64,000 nucleotides of DNA from Flavobacteriaceae bacterium (GCA_024763245.1 JANTFW010000004.1:130-64129), one strand, 5' to 3'. Shown: positions 49,659 through 59,478, counted from the first letter of the stretch. A program made the numbers and translations. The notes: a model not told the origin generated them from the sequence alone.

Positions 49659-50801
49659 TTATCTATCTATATCAGGAACCACAAGGTCTAAAGTAGCCAT
49701 CATTGCTACTAAATCGCCAATTTTGCTTCCTACGGCCATATGATTTAATGCGGATAAATTAGAGAATCCCGGCGAACGGAATTTTACGCGATATGGGTTT
49801 TTCTTTCCATCACTATTGATGTAAACACCCAGTTCACCACGCGCCGTCTCTACACGTTGATAAAACTCTCCTTTTGGTAATTTAATAACGGCTTTAGTCG
49901 GTACTTTGTAATCGCCATCAGGAATATTATCTATGAGTTGTTCAATGATAGATAAGGATTCCCACATCTCTTGAATACGAACACGATAACGTGCAAAAGA
50001 ATCGCCTTCTGTAAATAACACTTCATTAAATTCAACGCGATCTAGCGCAGAATACGGATGAATTTTACGAATATCACTTGCAACTCCCGAGGCACGAGCA
50101 ACAGGGCCGGAAGTACCAAAACTAATGGCATCTTCTTTAGTTAACAACCCCACACCTTTCATTCGTTTTTGAAAGATTACATTACCGGTTAACAATTGAT
50201 CGTATTCCGGTAATTTTGTTTTAAAATGTTTGACAAAATCTTTAGTACGTTGTACAAAATTAGGATGTATATCAAACATTAAACCTCCGGGTATATTGTA
50301 ATTCATCGTCAATCGTGCACCACAAGTTTCTTCAAAAATATCATTGATTAACTCTCTATCACGGAATCCGTAAAAATAGGTGGTCAAGGCACCTAAATCC
50401 ATTCCGATTACACCCCACCAAAGGGTGTGCGATGCAATACGTGTTAATTCTCCAATAATAGTTCTAATCACCTTTACACGATCCGGTACTTCTAACTCCA
50501 AGGCATTTTCAACTGCCAAGCAAACCGCCTCATTATTAATATGAGAAGACAAATAATCCATTCTATCGGTAAGGTGCACTATTTGCTGATACGAATCGCG
50601 TTCGCACATTTTTTCTATAGAACGGTGTATAAAGCCTAAATCCGGTTCTACTTTTTTAATTATTTCACCATCAATGGTTAACAATAAACGTAAGACCCCA
50701 TGAGTCGCAGGATGCTGCGGCCCCATGTTTATCATATACTCTTCTGTTTTAAAGGGATCTTTTACAATGGTTTCTTCTGGCATAATTATATTTTTTATCA
50801 A
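49659..50801 (-). CDS. nuoD: NDH-1 subunit D
   Basis: MGPQHPATHGVLRL and C-terminal LDLVVPDIDR. The start may be the internal MPEE (50783). Confidence 0.9.
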   Translation of the reverse strand: MIKNIIMPEETIVKDPFKTEEYMINMGPQHPATHGVLRLLLTIDGEIIKKVEPDLGFIHRSIEKMCERDSYQQIVHLTDRMDYLSSHINNEAVCLAVENALELEVPDRVKVIRTIIGELTRIASHTLWWGVIGMDLGALTTYFYGFRDRELINDIFEETCGARLTMNYNIPGGLMFDIHPNFVQRTKDFVKHFKTKLPEYDQLLTGNVIFQKRMKGVGLLTKEDAISFGTSGPVARASGVASDIRKIHPYSALDRVEFNEVLFTEGDSFARYRVRIQEMWESLSIIEQLIDNIPDGDYKVPTKAVIKLPKGEFYQRVETARGELGVYINSDGKKNPYRVKFRSPGFSNLSALNHMAVGSKIGDLVAMMATLDLVVPDIDR

Positions 50802-50826
50802 CTATATAAAATAACTGATATTCCTA

Positions 50827-51288
50827 TTAACGTATAATCATATTAATCTCATCGACATAATCCTTTCTCAACGGGTAACCTTCCCAGTTTTCAGGTAATA
50901 TCAACACCTTCATATTTGGATGATTTGTAAATTCTATCCCGAAAAGGTCATGAATTTCTCGTTCATGTAACTCCGCTGTTCTCCAAATATCGCATACTGT
51001 ATCAATATGTGCATTTTCTCTGTCGGTTGTATGGACTTTAACAACCATCTCATGACCATAAAGCGTTGAACGTAAATGATATATTACCCCTAAGCTAGTA
51101 CCCCAATCCATTCCTGTTTCACAAAACAAATAATCAAATTGCATATCCGGTTCATTCCGTAATTTCTGCATTAACTCATGCAAATTCTCTTTAGGAACAG
51201 TTAACGTGAGAAATTGAGTTCCTTCCTCTGTGAATTCAAGATCTGAAAACCAAGGTTCAATTCCTTTTTGAAGTTCGTTGTTTGTCAT
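50827..51288 (-). CDS. nuoC: NDH-1 subunit C
   Basis: 153 aa; EREIHDLFGI and LRKDY motifs. Confidence 0.85.
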   Translation of the reverse strand: MTNNELQKGIEPWFSDLEFTEEGTQFLTLTVPKENLHELMQKLRNEPDMQFDYLFCETGMDWGTSLGVIYHLRSTLYGHEMVVKVHTTDRENAHIDTVCDIWRTAELHEREIHDLFGIEFTNHPNMKVLILPENWEGYPLRKDYVDEINMIIR

Positions 51289-51320
51289 ATCTTTCTTTTT
51301 AATAAAAAGTACTGAAAAAA

Positions 51321-51896
51321 TTATAAACCCTCGTCAAATCCGCCTACAGGATTTGGTCTTTTTAAGGCCGGTTCTTTCATTATTTTTTCTTGTAATTTCA
51401 TCATCCCTTCTAATAAGGCTTCCGGACGTGGTGGACAACCCGGCACATATACATCTACGGGTATTACGTGGTCTGCTCCTTTTACTACGGAATAACTATT
51501 ATAGAAAAAAGGACCTCCTGAAATTGAACAAGCACCCATAGCAATAACGTACTTAGGCTCTGCCATTTGGTCGTATAACCTGCGCAATACAGGCGCCATT
51601 TTATTAACAATGGTACCGGCAATAATAATTAGATCTGCCTGTCTGGGAGAAGGACGAGCCACCTCAAATCCAAAGCGTGAATAATCATTTCTAGCCGCTC
51701 CGGTTTGCATCATTTCGATGGCACAACAACTGGTTCCAAAATATAAGGACCACAACGAATTTTTACGACCCCAATTAATTACTTGATCCAGATTGGTTAC
51801 TACAATATTACCTCCATTTCCACCTGGAATTACCTGTCCCGGAAAATCTGCCGGTACTTCTGGGGTGGGTTGTATGTTCTTTTTTATTATTCCCAT
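51321..51896 (-). CDS. nuoB: NDH-1 subunit B (N2 cluster)
   Basis: [28 protein letters not shown]. The ATG at 51896 (MGIIKK) overlaps the nuoA stop. The track start at 51917 is less likely. Confidence 0.9.
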   Translation of the reverse strand: MGIIKKNIQPTPEVPADFPGQVIPGGNGGNIVVTNLDQVINWGRKNSLWSLYFGTSCCAIEMMQTGAARNDYSRFGFEVARPSPRQADLIIIAGTIVNKMAPVLRRLYDQMAEPKYVIAMGACSISGGPFFYNSYSVVKGADHVIPVDVYVPGCPPRPEALLEGMMKLQEKIMKEPALKRPNPVGGFDEGL

Positions 51897-52237
51897 CTTA
51901 AGGCTTCTTTTTTCCAAGCATAAACCAAGCCTAAGCCCAGAATAAGCAAGAATATTAATACTTCTATCAAAGCGACAAATCCCATATCTTTAAATACGAC
52001 TGCCCAAGGCACTAAAAAAGCTACCTCCACATCGAATAACAAGAAGAGGATGGCATATAGATAATAACCGACTTTAAATTGCACCCAAGTTGGGCCAATG
52101 GTTACCATCCCACTTTCATAGGGTTCTCGTTTGGAAAGGTTGTCGGATTTTGGTGATATAAGATTCGACAAAGCATTCGCTCCGGCCACCAATACTACAC
52201 CGGAAAGAAAAAAAACAATTATGGCTATATTTCCCAT
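51887..52237 (-). CDS. nuoA: NDH-1 subunit A
   Basis: 116 aa, 3 TM; PYESG and [11 protein letters not shown] motifs. Confidence 0.85.
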   Translation of the reverse strand: MGNIAIIVFFLSGVVLVAGANALSNLISPKSDNLSKREPYESGMVTIGPTWVQFKVGYYLYAILFLLFDVEVAFLVPWAVVFKDMGFVALIEVLIFLLILGLGLVYAWKKEALRWE

Positions 52238-52261
52238 TCTACATGTTGTTTTTTAAGAGTA

Positions 52262-52269
52262 CAAAATTA
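52262..52269 (-). promoter_or_regulatory. putative -7 promoter box (TAATTTTG on minus strand) for nuoA
   Basis: CAAAATTA on the plus strand, 24 nt upstream of the nuoA ATG, inside the 78-nt korB-nuoA spacer. Confidence 0.45.
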
Positions 52270-52315
52270 TTCTAATCAATAAATTAAAAGAATGATTAAT
52301 CTCATCTTTTATAAA

Positions 52316-53326
52316 TTATTTTACTTCGTAAGTTTCTCCTGAGAAAAATAAATCATCTACTGTTTTAAATCTGGAACTGTCGGTTACTCGATTAACCAAC
52401 TCACGTTCTCGTTCGCCAAAAGAAGGCTCCTCAACACTTCGTATTACACCGGTTGCCAATGGATATTCCATACGCACTAACATAGAGTGCAAGGTCATAT
52501 CTGGTTCTTTAGCATCGTGCACCAATATATCGGATTCTGTAATGCCATTTTCACCAATGTTTACTACTTCTAACTTTAAACCTTTAAGGATTAAACCTTT
52601 ATTCTTCTCTTTTCCAAAAATCATGGGCTTCCCATGTTCTAAATGGATTTGCATCTCGTCTTTTACGGCCTTATCTGTATATTTAGTATAACATCCATCA
52701 TTAAAGATAACACAGTTTTGTAAAATTTCGACCAAAGAAGTTCCTTTAAACTTTTCGGCCTCTATAAATACTTGCGTCATATCTTTGGGAACATTGCCAC
52801 CTAAACGTGCAAAAAACCGTGCTCTTGCCCCTATGGCTAACTCACCCGGATTAAAAGGTGGTTGTGTATTCCCATAAGGCGAAGTTTTTGTTTTTTGCCC
52901 TAATAATGAAGTTGGCGAAAATTGTCCTTTTGTCAATCCATATATTTCATTGTTAAATAAAACATAGTTAATATCTACGTTTCTACGTAACACATGAATA
53001 AAATGGTTACCACCAATAGCCATAGAGTCTCCATCACCACTAGCTACCCAGACACTTAAATTGGGGTTTGCTAATTTGGTTCCAGTAGCTATAGCCGCTG
53101 CTCTACCGTGAATACTATGCATACCATAGGTGTCCATATAATAGGGGAAACGCGAAGAACACCCAATACCGGAAATAAAAACTACATCTTCTTTTTTTAC
53201 ACCTGTTTCGGGTAGTGCTTTTTGTATTGATCTCAATATTACATAATCATCACAACCAGGGCACCAACGCACTTCTTGGTCACTTTGAAAATCTTTAAAT
53301 GTATATTTTATTGGTGTATTTTCCAT
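52316..53326 (-). CDS. korB: 2-oxoacid (2-oxoglutarate):ferredoxin oxidoreductase beta subunit
   Basis: RWCPGCDDY (Fe-S/TPP domain) and SGDGDSMAIGGNH TPP motif; 336 aa. Confidence 0.9.
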   Translation of the reverse strand: MENTPIKYTFKDFQSDQEVRWCPGCDDYVILRSIQKALPETGVKKEDVVFISGIGCSSRFPYYMDTYGMHSIHGRAAAIATGTKLANPNLSVWVASGDGDSMAIGGNHFIHVLRRNVDINYVLFNNEIYGLTKGQFSPTSLLGQKTKTSPYGNTQPPFNPGELAIGARARFFARLGGNVPKDMTQVFIEAEKFKGTSLVEILQNCVIFNDGCYTKYTDKAVKDEMQIHLEHGKPMIFGKEKNKGLILKGLKLEVVNIGENGITESDILVHDAKEPDMTLHSMLVRMEYPLATGVIRSVEEPSFGERERELVNRVTDSSRFKTVDDLFFSGETYEVK

Positions 53327-53328
53327 GA

Positions 53329-55185
53329 TTATAATACTTGCTTAAATTTATCGATTAATTCGGTTGTCGTAAAGGGTAATCCTTGTGCTTTATTGTATTG
53401 TGAATACGTAATTTCAGGATAATTATTTTGTAAAACTTTAACCATTTGACCGGCATTCAGCTCACAAACAATCACTTTTTTAAATTTTTTAAGCACCTCC
53501 AGGGTGTTTTTTGGCAAGGGGTTAATATAGTTAAAATGAAGATGTCCTACTTTGTAACCCTCTATATTCATTTGGTTTACAGCTGCACTTAAACCACCGT
53601 AGGTTCCACCCCAACCTACAACTAACAAATCACCTTCTTCTTGAAATTCGGATTTGATTTCAGGGATATAATCCTGAACACGTCTTACTTTCTCAGCTCG
53701 TATTTCAGTTTGATATTGGTGATTTAATGGTTCTTGAGACACATTACCAGTAGTTTTGTCTTTTTCCAAACCTCCTACGCGATGTTCTAAGTTAGGTGTT
53801 CCCGGAATAGCCCAGTTACGTGCTAATGATTTCTCATCTCTTTTATAGGGCACATGATTTTCACCCTCTTTGACAAGACGGTTTGTAATCGGAGGCATAT
53901 CACTTGCTTTTTTAATTTTCCAAGGCGCCGATCCGTTGGCTATATACCCATCGGTTAATAAAATTACCGGAGTCATATGTTCAAGGGCTAACTTACAAGC
54001 TTCGTAAGCAAAATCAAAAGAGTTGCTAGGCGTACTAGCCGCAATAACAATAATAGGACTCTCTCCATTACGGCCATACATGGCTTGTAAAAGGTCTGAT
54101 TGTTCTGTTTTTGTGGGTAAACCTGTAGAAGGACCTCCACGCTGCACATTGACAATAACCAAGGGCAACTCTATCATCATCGCAAGTCCAATAGCTTCAC
54201 CTTTTAGCGCCAAGCCCGGACCTGAAGTAGTGGTTATTGCTAAATCTCCTGCAAAAGAAGCTCCAATTGAGGACGTAATTCCTGCAATTTCGTCTTCGGC
54301 TTGAAAGGTTTTAATTCCAAAATACCTGTGTTTTGATAATTCATGAAGAATATCAGTTGCCGGCGTAATTGGATAAGAACCTAAGAACAGCTCAAAACCG
54401 GAGTTTTGCGAAGCGGCCAAAAGCCCCCAAGCAGTAGCCGTATTACCATTAATCATTCTATAAACACCCTTATCCATTGTAGCAGGACCTACGTGATAAG
54501 TGGTTGAAATAATTTCCATTGTTTCAGCAAAGAAATAACCGGCTTTTAAGACCTTTGTATTAGCTTCAACAATAGTGGGTTTCTTTTTAAATTTCTTTTG
54601 AAAAAATTCGATCGTATGATCCATAGAACGGTCGTAAATAAAATACACCATTCCTAGAGCAAACATATTTTTACTTCGAATAACACTTTTGTTATCTAAG
54701 CCCATTTCTTTTAAAGCCTCTTTAGTATGTGTGGTCATGGCTACTTCGATAACCTTATAGTTATCCAAACTACCATCTTCTAAAGGGTTAGTATCGTAAT
54801 GCGCTTTTTCTAGATTCTTTTTGGTAAAAGAGTCCGTATCGACAATAAGCATTTGTCCGGGTTTTAACGCACTTAGATTTGTTTTTAAACCGGCCGGATT
54901 CATCGCTACTAATAAATCGACACTATCTCCAGGAGTGGTAATATCTAAACTTCCTATTTGAACTTGAAATCCAGAAACGCCATACAAACTACCTTGAGGA
55001 GCGCGAATTTCGGATGGATAATTAGGGAAAGTGGCAATATCGTTCCCAAACATGGCTGATGTGTCAGAAAATTGGGTTCCTGTAAGCTGCATTCCATCAC
55101 CGGAATCACCTACAAAACGAATGACTACATTCTGTACAACCTCATTGGCTTTAGGGGTTGTATTACTTTTGCTGTCAGTTATCAT
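53329..55185 (-). CDS. korA: 2-oxoacid (2-oxoglutarate):ferredoxin oxidoreductase alpha subunit (fused gamma+alpha)
   Basis: 618 aa; GSYPITPATDI pyrimidine-binding motif; 2-nt spacer to korB. Confidence 0.9.
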   Translation of the reverse strand: MITDSKSNTTPKANEVVQNVVIRFVGDSGDGMQLTGTQFSDTSAMFGNDIATFPNYPSEIRAPQGSLYGVSGFQVQIGSLDITTPGDSVDLLVAMNPAGLKTNLSALKPGQMLIVDTDSFTKKNLEKAHYDTNPLEDGSLDNYKVIEVAMTTHTKEALKEMGLDNKSVIRSKNMFALGMVYFIYDRSMDHTIEFFQKKFKKKPTIVEANTKVLKAGYFFAETMEIISTTYHVGPATMDKGVYRMINGNTATAWGLLAASQNSGFELFLGSYPITPATDILHELSKHRYFGIKTFQAEDEIAGITSSIGASFAGDLAITTTSGPGLALKGEAIGLAMMIELPLVIVNVQRGGPSTGLPTKTEQSDLLQAMYGRNGESPIIVIAASTPSNSFDFAYEACKLALEHMTPVILLTDGYIANGSAPWKIKKASDMPPITNRLVKEGENHVPYKRDEKSLARNWAIPGTPNLEHRVGGLEKDKTTGNVSQEPLNHQYQTEIRAEKVRRVQDYIPEIKSEFQEEGDLLVVGWGGTYGGLSAAVNQMNIEGYKVGHLHFNYINPLPKNTLEVLKKFKKVIVCELNAGQMVKVLQNNYPEITYSQYNKAQGLPFTTTELIDKFKQVL

Positions 55186-55217
55186 AAAATATGTAATTAA
55201 ACTTGATTTTAGACTGC

Positions 55218-55225
55218 CAAAATTA
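55218..55225 (-). promoter_or_regulatory. putative -7 promoter box (TAATTTTG on minus strand) for korAB
   Basis: CAAAATTA on the plus strand, 32 nt upstream of the korA ATG at 55185. Confidence 0.45.
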
Positions 55226-55292
55226 CTAAAAATTTATAGTTTGCAAGTTTTCTTTGTCAATTTTTTAGCAAAAATTAAAAAAGTTTAAATTA

Positions 55293-55308
55293 TATGATAA
55301 ATATCATA
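55293..55308. promoter_or_regulatory. palindrome TATGATA-AA-TATCATA (core TGAT-N4-ATCA, FNR/CRP-family-like operator)
   Basis: 7-bp perfect arms read directly. Centre lies about 115 nt upstream of the korA ATG. Confidence 0.35.
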
Positions 55309-55602
55309 AAAACACCTCTTGTTGAAGTACTTAAATAAATAAAAGAATTGGTTTTTAGGCACAAAAAATAAGATATTAGTTAACGAAATTTTTATTTCTT
55401 ACTTTTTGTCACAAATCCCTCTTTATTGGATTTATCATCATTTCATGTACAACCCAATTAAAGTAGTATTTCACTCAAACATTCGCGTAATTCAACAATC
55501 CATTAGCCCTACAATTAATGTACTTTATAATTATACGTAATAGCGTTATTATTTATAATCATTCTAAATTACTAGTTTTAAGCATTAAATCTCAAAAATT
55601 AG

Positions 55603-55610
55603 TACCTTTG
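55603..55610 (+). promoter_or_regulatory. putative -7 promoter box (TACCTTTG) for the ferredoxin gene
   Basis: Matches TAnnTTTG, 28 nt upstream of the ATG at 55639. Confidence 0.5.
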
Positions 55611-55638
55611 TACTTCATTAATTTTAAAAACAAAGATT

Positions 55639-55992
55639 ATGGCAATTAAAATAACCGACGATTGTATCAACTGCGATGCTTGTATATCTGAATGTCCAAA
55701 CACCGCTATTTATGAACCGGATCAAGAATGGTCTTATGCCGATGGTACTTCATTAAGTGGAGAAGTTACACTACCAAACAGCGGTGAAACTGTAGATGCT
55801 GACGAAGAATTTGAAGCAAAATCTGATGAATTCTACTTTATCGTAACCGATAAATGTACAGAGTGTAAAGGATTCCATGATGAGCCTCAATGTGCTTCTG
55901 TATGTCCAGTAGATGCTTGTGTTCCTGACGAAGATTTCGAAGAAACTGAAGAGCAATTAATGGCCAAAAAAGTTTGGTTACACGGAGAATAA
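55639..55992 (+). CDS. 2[4Fe-4S] dicluster ferredoxin, Alvin-type cysteine spacing
   Basis: CINCDACISECP (CxxCxxCxxxCP) and CTECKGFHDEPQCASVCP (CxxCx8CxxxCP); acidic; 117 aa. Confidence 0.85.
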   Translation: MAIKITDDCINCDACISECPNTAIYEPDQEWSYADGTSLSGEVTLPNSGETVDADEEFEAKSDEFYFIVTDKCTECKGFHDEPQCASVCPVDACVPDEDFEETEEQLMAKKVWLHGE

Positions 55993-56015
55993 TTCTTTTA
56001 TTCTTCTGAATTAAC

Positions 56016-56051
56016 AAAAAAAGACTATCGCTTACTGGTAGTCTTTTTTTT
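56016..56051 (+). terminator. intrinsic terminator after the ferredoxin gene
   Basis: Stem AAGACTA / TAGTCTT flanked by an A-run and a T8 run. Confidence 0.75.
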
Positions 56052-56142
56052 GTTTATCAGCACATTTTATCGATTTAAAATGTAAGAGTTAACCTATCTC
56101 TTACCACGATAATATAGTATCTTCGCCCAAATTTCTACGACA

Positions 56143-59100
56143 TTGAGTGTAACGAATATTTTAAAAGCTTATCAACAATCGGAGCCTATACAAAAGCTCA
56201 TCCGATTACTTGCTGATGAACAGCAACAAATTAGCATTCCGAATTTAAGCGGATCGGCTTTATCATTTCTTATTACAGCTGTTTTTCGACAAATCGACAC
56301 TCCTTTTTTAATCCTATTTCGCGACAAAGAGGAAGCAGCCTATTATTTAAATGATTTAGAACAATTAATTGGTGATAAAGAACTTTTGTTCTTTCCTGGA
56401 TCTTATCGTAGACCTTATCAAATAGAAGAAGTTGACAATATCAATATTTTACTAAGAACAGAAGTACTAAACCGGATCAACTCCCGACGTAAACCGGCTA
56501 TTATCGTTAGCTATCCGGATGCCTTGTTTGAGCAAGTAATTACAAAATCAGAGTTAGAAAGCAATACTCTAAAGATCCATACCGGAGACGCTCTTTCTCT
56601 CAATTTTGTCAATGAAGTACTCTTTGAATACCAATTCAACAAAGTAGATTTTGTCACCGAACCCGGCGAATTTGCAGTGAGAGGTGGTATTATTGATGTT
56701 TTTTCTTATAGCCATGAAGAGCCCTATCGCCTAGAGTTCTTTGGCGATGAAATTGATAGTATCCGTACTTTTGATGTGGAAACACAGCTGTCTCTGGAAA
56801 AAATATCCAGAATGCGGATTATGTCGAATGTTACGAATAAACATCTTCACGAAAAGAGACAGAGTTTTTTAGACTATCTAGGCCATAAAACCTTGGTTTG
56901 GGTAAAAGATGAAGCGTTATTATACCAACGATTGGACAAGCTTTTTGACAAGGCAAGTCTTGCGTTTAACACTTTACAAAACACCTTACAACTAGGTACT
57001 CCTACAGACTTATTTACGAATGGTAAAAAAGTAGCTCAGGAACTAGAAAAACGCACCCGTATTCGTATTACATCACACGAAAAAGAAATGCATACGGATA
57101 TTAGCTGGGATACACTTCCCCAACCCGCCTTTAACAAACAATTTGATCTCCTAATTGCTAATTTTAAAGAAAATACCCAAAAAGGCATCACTACTATTCT
57201 CTTTTGTGATACGCAAAAACAAGCCGAACGTTTTAAGGATATCTTTCAAGAAATAGAAGAGGATATTCAATACCAAATCCTTGTTTTTCCTTTGTACCAA
57301 GGATTTATCGATCAAACACTAGGTTTGGCATGTTATACCGATCATCAAATTTTTGGTCGTTATCATAAATTCCGATTAAAAAAAGGCTTTAAGAAAAAAC
57401 AAGCCATCACACTTAAAGAGCTCACCAATCTGGAAATTGGAGATTATGTTACCCATATAGATCACGGTATTGGAAAATTTGGCGGACTCCAAAAGATTGA
57501 TGTGGAAGGCAAGAAACAAGAAGCAATTAAACTGATATATGGCGATAGAGATATTCTGTATATTAGTATTCATTCACTCCATAAAATAAGTAAATATAAC
57601 GGAAAAGACGGTACTGCTCCTAAGGTATACAAACTTGGTTCAGGGGCTTGGAAAAAACTAAAACAAAAGACAAAAACTCGTGTTAAGCAGATTGCCTACG
57701 ACTTAATTCAGCTGTATGCCAAACGTAGAATGCAAAAAGGATTTCAGTACAATCCGGATAGCTATATGCAGCACGAGTTAGAAGCCGGTTTTATGTACGA
57801 AGACACACCGGATCAATTTAAAGCTACTCAAGATATCAAATCCGATATGGAAGGAGAACAGCCTATGGATAGATTGGTGTGTGGTGATGTGGGATTTGGA
57901 AAGACCGAAGTGGCGATAAGAGCTGCTTTTAAAGCCGTTGATAATGGTAAACAAGTAGCTGTACTTGTCCCTACAACCATTTTGGCTTTTCAACATTTTA
58001 GAAGTTTTCATGAACGTCTTAAGGGTTTTCCAGTTACCCTAGATTACTTAAATAGATTTCGGACCAGCAAACAACGAAAAGGCGTACTAGAAGCATTGGA
58101 AAATGGTAGTTTGGATATTGTAATTGGCACACATCAATTGGTAAATGACAAAGTAAAGTTCAAAGATCTAGGTCTGCTAATTGTAGATGAAGAGCAAAAA
58201 TTTGGTGTGGGTATTAAAGACAAGCTAAAAGTTATTAAAGCCAATGTAGATACTTTAACCTTAACCGCTACTCCTATCCCCAGAACCTTGCAATTTTCAT
58301 TAATGGCAGCCAGAGATTTATCCTTAATCAACACTCCTCCACCTAATCGTCACCCTATAGAAACACAGGTAATTCGTTATAATGAAGAGATTATTAGAGA
58401 TGCATTACATTACGAAATTTCTCGCGGCGGTCAAGTGTTTTTTATCCATAACAGAATAGAAAATATTAAAGAGGTTGCCGGAATGTTACAACGGCTGTTT
58501 CCGGATGCTAAAATTGGCATAGGTCACGGGCAAATGGAAGGAAAAAAACTAGAGCAACTTATGCTTTCGTTTATCAATAACGAATTTGACATATTGGTTT
58601 CAACCACGATCATAGAAAACGGCTTAGACGTTCCTAATGCTAATACCATATTTATCAATAATGCCAATAATTTTGGTTTATCTGACTTGCACCAGATGCG
58701 AGGACGTGTAGGAAGATCCAACAAAAAAGCTTTTTGTTACTTAATTACACCTCCTTATGAGGTGATGACTCCTGAAGCTAGAAAACGTGTTGATGCCATT
58801 CAAGTTTTTTCTGATTTGGGTAGTGGGTTTAATATTGCGATGAAGGATCTTGAAATAAGAGGCGCCGGAGATCTTTTAGGTGGAGAACAAAGTGGTTTTA
58901 TAAACGATATTGGGTTTGAGACCTATCAAAAAATACTTAACGAAGCTATTGAAGAGCTTAAAGAAAATGAATTTAAAGACTTATACGGCAGTACCGGAGA
59001 AAGCCTAGAAAAGAGTTATGTAAAAGAAGTACAAATAGACACGGATTTAGAACTCCTTATCCCCGACGATTATATTAATATTATCTCAGAACGCCTTCAA

Positions 59101-59478
59101 TTATACACCGATTTAAGTGGTATCTCAACTATAGAAGAATTGAATGAATTTGAAAAAAACATTAGCGATCGATTTGGAACATTACCCAAGTCGGTTAAAG
59201 ATTTATTGATAAGCGTGCAAGTAAAATGGCAAGCCGAAAAATTGGGCTTAGAAAAAATAGTCCTGAAAAGGAATGTGTTATTAGGCTATTTTATTGCCGA
59301 TCAACAATCGGACTATTACAATTCCCCCACCTTTAAAAAAGTACTACACTATGTAAAACAAAACGCACAAGGTTGTCAGTTAAAAGAAAAACAAACCAAA
59401 AATGGTTTGCGTTTGATGCTTCGTTTTGAAAAGGTAAAAACCATAGATACGGCATTTCATTTACTGCAAAGCATCTAG
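56143..59478 (+). CDS. mfd: transcription-repair coupling factor
   Basis: 1111 aa; Walker A GDVGFGKTEVA; LLIVDEEQKFG; TATPIPRTL; HGQM. TTG start as in the track. Confidence 0.9.
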   Translation: MSVTNILKAYQQSEPIQKLIRLLADEQQQISIPNLSGSALSFLITAVFRQIDTPFLILFRDKEEAAYYLNDLEQLIGDKELLFFPGSYRRPYQIEEVDNINILLRTEVLNRINSRRKPAIIVSYPDALFEQVITKSELESNTLKIHTGDALSLNFVNEVLFEYQFNKVDFVTEPGEFAVRGGIIDVFSYSHEEPYRLEFFGDEIDSIRTFDVETQLSLEKISRMRIMSNVTNKHLHEKRQSFLDYLGHKTLVWVKDEALLYQRLDKLFDKASLAFNTLQNTLQLGTPTDLFTNGKKVAQELEKRTRIRITSHEKEMHTDISWDTLPQPAFNKQFDLLIANFKENTQKGITTILFCDTQKQAERFKDIFQEIEEDIQYQILVFPLYQGFIDQTLGLACYTDHQIFGRYHKFRLKKGFKKKQAITLKELTNLEIGDYVTHIDHGIGKFGGLQKIDVEGKKQEAIKLIYGDRDILYISIHSLHKISKYNGKDGTAPKVYKLGSGAWKKLKQKTKTRVKQIAYDLIQLYAKRRMQKGFQYNPDSYMQHELEAGFMYEDTPDQFKATQDIKSDMEGEQPMDRLVCGDVGFGKTEVAIRAAFKAVDNGKQVAVLVPTTILAFQHFRSFHERLKGFPVTLDYLNRFRTSKQRKGVLEALENGSLDIVIGTHQLVNDKVKFKDLGLLIVDEEQKFGVGIKDKLKVIKANVDTLTLTATPIPRTLQFSLMAARDLSLINTPPPNRHPIETQVIRYNEEIIRDALHYEISRGGQVFFIHNRIENIKEVAGMLQRLFPDAKIGIGHGQMEGKKLEQLMLSFINNEFDILVSTTIIENGLDVPNANTIFINNANNFGLSDLHQMRGRVGRSNKKAFCYLITPPYEVMTPEARKRVDAIQVFSDLGSGFNIAMKDLEIRGAGDLLGGEQSGFINDIGFETYQKILNEAIEELKENEFKDLYGSTGESLEKSYVKEVQIDTDLELLIPDDYINIISERLQLYTDLSGISTIEELNEFEKNISDRFGTLPKSVKDLLISVQVKWQAEKLGLEKIVLKRNVLLGYFIADQQSDYYNSPTFKKVLHYVKQNAQGCQLKEKQTKNGLRLMLRFEKVKTIDTAFHLLQSI

